DNA from: Octopus bimaculoides
Lineage: Eukaryota
Assembly: GCF_001194135.2 (NCBI RefSeq)
Contig: NC_068982.1
Span: 103,966,420 to 104,019,381, forward strand
Direction of reading: 5' to 3'
Length of the DNA: 52,962 nucleotides
The notes below the pieces were generated by a model. It worked only from the letters and a program-made list of their open reading frames with translations. It did not search any database and was not told where the DNA came from. The position numbers were made by a program, and so were the translations under genes. Positions 49,714 to 52,962 of the stretch are shown one piece after another (positions within the stretch are counted from its first letter, which is position 1; every line of letters starts with the position of its first letter).

Positions 49714-50661
49714 TACTTACACAAGATTTATACAGTCTGCTTTTGAATAGAAAAACCTGTTAACAAACAGATTTTATTCCTAACTCTCCTAACTTTTTTT
49801 GAACGTTTCCCAACTCTTTCTTACTCAAGCTTCAATACTAATTTGATCACCAAGGTAACAGAAACTATTTACTATCTCTAACGAGCCATTTAATTAGTCT
49901 ATGTACTTCGTTTCAAGGGCAATTCTGCTGCTAAATAGCTCTGCATATTTGATGCATCTAAAGTTCTAGTTTCCTGTCAGTCTGCCAGAGATTCCACATC
50001 TTTTATGTATTCATTAGAGCAGACTGTATATAAAATGCCCCCACCTCACCCTCACTCATACATTCAAATGGCGTTTAATTTTATATACTTTTTGCTTTGA
50101 AATTTTATAATTTATCATAGTTTTTGGAAAAGAGATAAAGGACCCAGGCAGAGATAGTGTATTCCATAAGTTATGTAGCAGTTGTTTTTAGGCTATATAT
50201 TGCACAACATGGCAATTTATGTTCCCAACACAATTCTACTGTAACTCATGTCTCATAATTCCTTAATTATCATACCTGTGATAGTTGTAAAATGTTTCAG
50301 TGCCAGAGAACAACTTCCAGCAGAGAATTGTGAAAGTATAGTGTGTACCATCAAACAGTACTCATTACTGTTTTATGTGCCACCTGCACAAGAGCCAGTC
50401 CATCGGCACTGGCAATGATCTCGCTCAGATGTCTTACTGGTAAAGGCCACGCTCAAAATGATGTATTTTACGTGTCACCTGCACAAGAGCCAAGATATTT
50501 AAATTAATTTTTTTTAACTAAACAGTTTGGAACCTCAGACACTGGTTGAATGCGTCACGTAGAACATGGTTTACTCTTAATGTTTTTGACAAAACCTTGC
50601 ACTTCAGAAGCTACTCCATATCAAAGTCGTCATATTTGGGAAACTTCAGCCAATCAATGAC

Positions 50662-50896
50662 TATTAGGTTGGTGCATAATTATTGTGGGTTTTTTTTTCA
50701 AGAAATTTTATTCAACAAAAACAATAACAAAATTTAACAAAAAATATCTTTAAATGATTATTCCAACTGGCTGCCAAGCAAATGGGAAGCAGTAATTGAA
50801 GTAGGTGGTGAATATGCTCCGGAATAATCATTTAATGATGTTTTTGTTCAATAAAATTTATTGAAAAAAGTTGCAATAATTATACACAACCTAATA
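50662..50896 (+). mobile_element. Mariner-derived MITE
   Basis: ~65-bp TIRs (tattaggttggtgcataattattg...ttttattcaacaaaaaca / tgtttttgttcaataaaat...caataattatacacaacctaata), TA ends, internal WEAVIEVGGEY remnant. Confidence 0.85.
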
Positions 50897-50980
50897 GTTG
50901 TTTATATAGGCACAATGACCTATTTTATCAGGTTAGATAGCTTCCTTAATACTAACTTTTCATTCATACGATATACATAC

Positions 50981-51030
50981 TTTATTTCAGGTAAGAATGT
51001 ATATCCATAACCTGCAAGGCATGACCTCTT
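50981..51030 (-). CDS. Candidate host-gene exon (K)RSCLAGYGYTFLPEIK
   Basis: Strong donor AAA|gtatgt ending in phase 2, which fits the 41959 exon. Acceptor uncertain: 51030 is weak but phase 0; 51011 is better but phase 1. Confidence 0.4.
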
Positions 51031-51070
51031 CTTCAACAGCATCAGAATTAATACATTATTTGGTGTATCT

Positions 51071-51217
51071 GAAGTGGCAAGTTCAAATTCCACCAAGGTC
51101 GCCTTTGCCTTTCATCCTTTCGGAGTCAATAAATTAAATACCAGTTTCGTACTGGGATCGATCTAATTCATTGACTCTCTCTCTAAAAATTTTGGGCCTT
51201 GTGCCTAGAGTAGAAGG
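51071..51217 (+). mobile_element. 5'-truncated tRNA-SINE with 16-bp TSD
   Basis: TSD attatttggtgtatct at 51055-51070 and 51218-51233; B-box-like gttcaaattcc and gcctttcatcctttcgg core. Confidence 0.85.
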
Positions 51218-51341
51218 ATTATTTGGTGTATCTCATTAAATATAGATACTTTGTGAGAAATGTTAGCTTCTTGAATAGTTAAATTAAAACTCTTAATGAC
51301 ATGTTGGTATGCAGTATTTTGTTACACAACCATAATATACT

Positions 51342-51724
51342 GTTGTTGTTGTTGGCACTCCGTCGCTTACGACATCGAGGGTTCCAGTTGATCCGATCAA
51401 TGGAACAGCCTGCTCGTGAAATTAATGTGCAAGTGGCTGAGCACTCCACAGACACGTGTACCCTTAACGTAGTTCTCGGGGATATTCAGCGTGACAGTGT
51501 GACAAGGCTGACCCTTTGAATTACAAGCACAACAGAAACAGGAAGAGTGAGAGAAAGTTGTGGTGAAAGAGTACAGCAGGGTTCGCCACCATCCACTGCC
51601 AGAGCCTTGTGGAGCTTTTAGGTGTTTTCGCTCAATAAACACTCACAACGCCCGGTCTGAGAATCGAAACTGCGATCCTATGACCGCGAGTCCGCTGCCC
51701 TAACCACTGGGCCATTGCACCTCC
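51342..51724 (-). mobile_element. Full-length tRNA-derived SINE with 13-bp TSD
   Basis: Reverse-complement copy of 3543-3925; TSD accataatatact at 51329-51341 and 51725-51737. Confidence 0.9.
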
Positions 51725-52063
51725 ACCATAATATACTATAAAATATGTTAAATGTTTTTATAAGTCAATACTACATTAGCAGTGCACTTTACATTACTTG
51801 TTAAGGTTATCTCTACAGATATTCTATTGAAATTATAACCAACACTGATTTTCATTGTGATGTTTTATATCTTAAGTCTGTGAAATGTTATTTGGAACAC
51901 ATTAACAAAATGCGAAATGTCTATATTTATATTTACATAAATGCATGGTAGGTATTTATCTATCAATTTGGCTTTTGTCAGTAACTAATTGTGTCACCAC
52001 CACTACTATTACCATTGTCATCCCTGTCGTCATTGTTGCCATCACCATCATTGTCGTCATCAT

Positions 52064-52103
<40 letters not shown>

Positions 52104-52194
52104 AAGCATGTTACAACATAAAGGTTTTTCAAAGTAAATATTTTGAAGGGTGTAGATCAAAACTAATTGTGAAGTAAAGAAACAAATTAATTAC

Positions 52195-52312
52195 CGCTTT
52201 TATTGCAAGTAAGTATTCAGATATAGTTTTGACTTGAAAATCATCAAATGAGGATACAGAATGCTTCCTTGTAATAATAGACTTCTTAAATTCTTCCTTG
52301 GTAGTCATCATA
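52195..52312 (-). CDS. Host-gene exon (118 nt): MMTTKEEFKKSIITRKHSVSSFDDFQVKTISEYLLAIKA (possibly contains the start codon)
   Basis: catattttag|T ATG ATG...GCG|gtaatt; only one frame is open. Confidence 0.65.
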
Positions 52313-52737
52313 CTAAAATATGGAAAATGAAGATAAATTAATTAACTAAATTCTTCCTCATGCCTTTATTCTAAAGTACTGAAAATCAAAAACACCCAAC
52401 TGGTATTTGATAATAAATGTAATATAAGCTGATATTAAATTGAAAGCAGAAACAGGCTAATTAACTCAGTGAACTCGAATCTTATACCTGTATCTTGCTT
52501 GCTAACAAACAATATAGCTTTTACTAGGCTTTTAATATCTTTATTGTATCAAATTGGTGATTATAATATCTTAATTTAATTGTTGTTCATACTTAGTATG
52601 AGCAGGTGGAAAATTACAAGCATTTAAACTGGTAAATTACCACCAACTAGCTCCAATTATTTGTTTACAATAACAATTCTTCCCTATTCTCATTTTTAAA
52701 TTAAAACCTTTGCCAAACTCAACCCAGGTTGCCTTAC

Positions 52738-52859
52738 CCTTTACTGTTAAGAGCAACATGCTCATGAACTACTTTCTCTTTATCAACAATTGTTCTCCTC
52801 TTAATTTTTTTTCAACTGTCATGCCTCTAGTAATTATTTATTTTGTCAAATTCTTCACT
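52738..52859 (-). other. Exon-like segment with canonical sites but two in-frame stops (5' UTR or decayed coding exon)
   Basis: ttttagcatttag|AGT GAA...AAA GG|gtaagg; SEEFDKINNY*RHDS*KKIKRRTIVDKEKVVHEHVALNSKG; ends in phase 2, matching the 52312 exon. Confidence 0.35.
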
Positions 52860-52962
52860 CTAAATGCTAAAATTTTGTTGATATATAAAACTAAACCAGG
52901 GAAGCTTGGATATTAGCATCCCTTTTAAGAGGTATCTTTATCCTCGAAATTGCTTTACATAT

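Noticed and set aside
49907-50023. 117-nt minus-strand exon-like segment (CSNEYIKDVESLAD*QETRTLDASNMQSYLAAELPLKR)
   Set aside because: In-frame TGA, weak donor (gtacat), and phase 1/1 does not fit the neighbouring exon candidates.
52488-52501. 14-nt micro-exon candidate (gtttgttag|CAAGCAAGATACAG|gtataa)
   Set aside because: Too short to distinguish from chance, and it breaks the frame if included between 52738 and 52312.

Overview
AT-rich, intron-dominated animal genomic DNA with N gaps. The SINE/RTE repeat signatures and microsatellite load look like octopus (coleoid cephalopod); this is inferred from recall, not searched. No long ORF in the supplied track is a host gene: they are N-gap, microsatellite or transposon artefacts. 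Reading splice signals on the minus strand gives a multi-exon gene of unrecognised identity, with 5-6 single-copy charged, coiled-coil-like exons between 52.3 and 26.2 kb. These lead into the main feature, a ~14.5 kb tandem array (4.3-18.9 kb) of ~0.55-0.9 kb units, each holding one phase-0/0 micro-exon. Thirteen intact micro-exons (39, 45 or 48 nt, all AG/GT-bounded and stop-free) encode a divergent basic-Ser-acidic peptide repeat (~[RK]KSAxSSK[ED]DxKDA[DE][KR]). A further copy was split by an insertion and left three stop-containing derivatives. The rest is a nested transposon landscape: CR1-like and RTE LINE fragments, a ~4.5 kb Penelope-like element with a mariner MITE in its RT, a Penelope-type terminal repeat with a hammerhead-ribozyme motif, several Tc1/mariner relics, Helitron/HINE-like elements, tRNA-SINEs with TSDs, and two foldback elements. 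A possible decayed, nested plus-strand secreted-protein gene lies at 39.4-40.7 kb.
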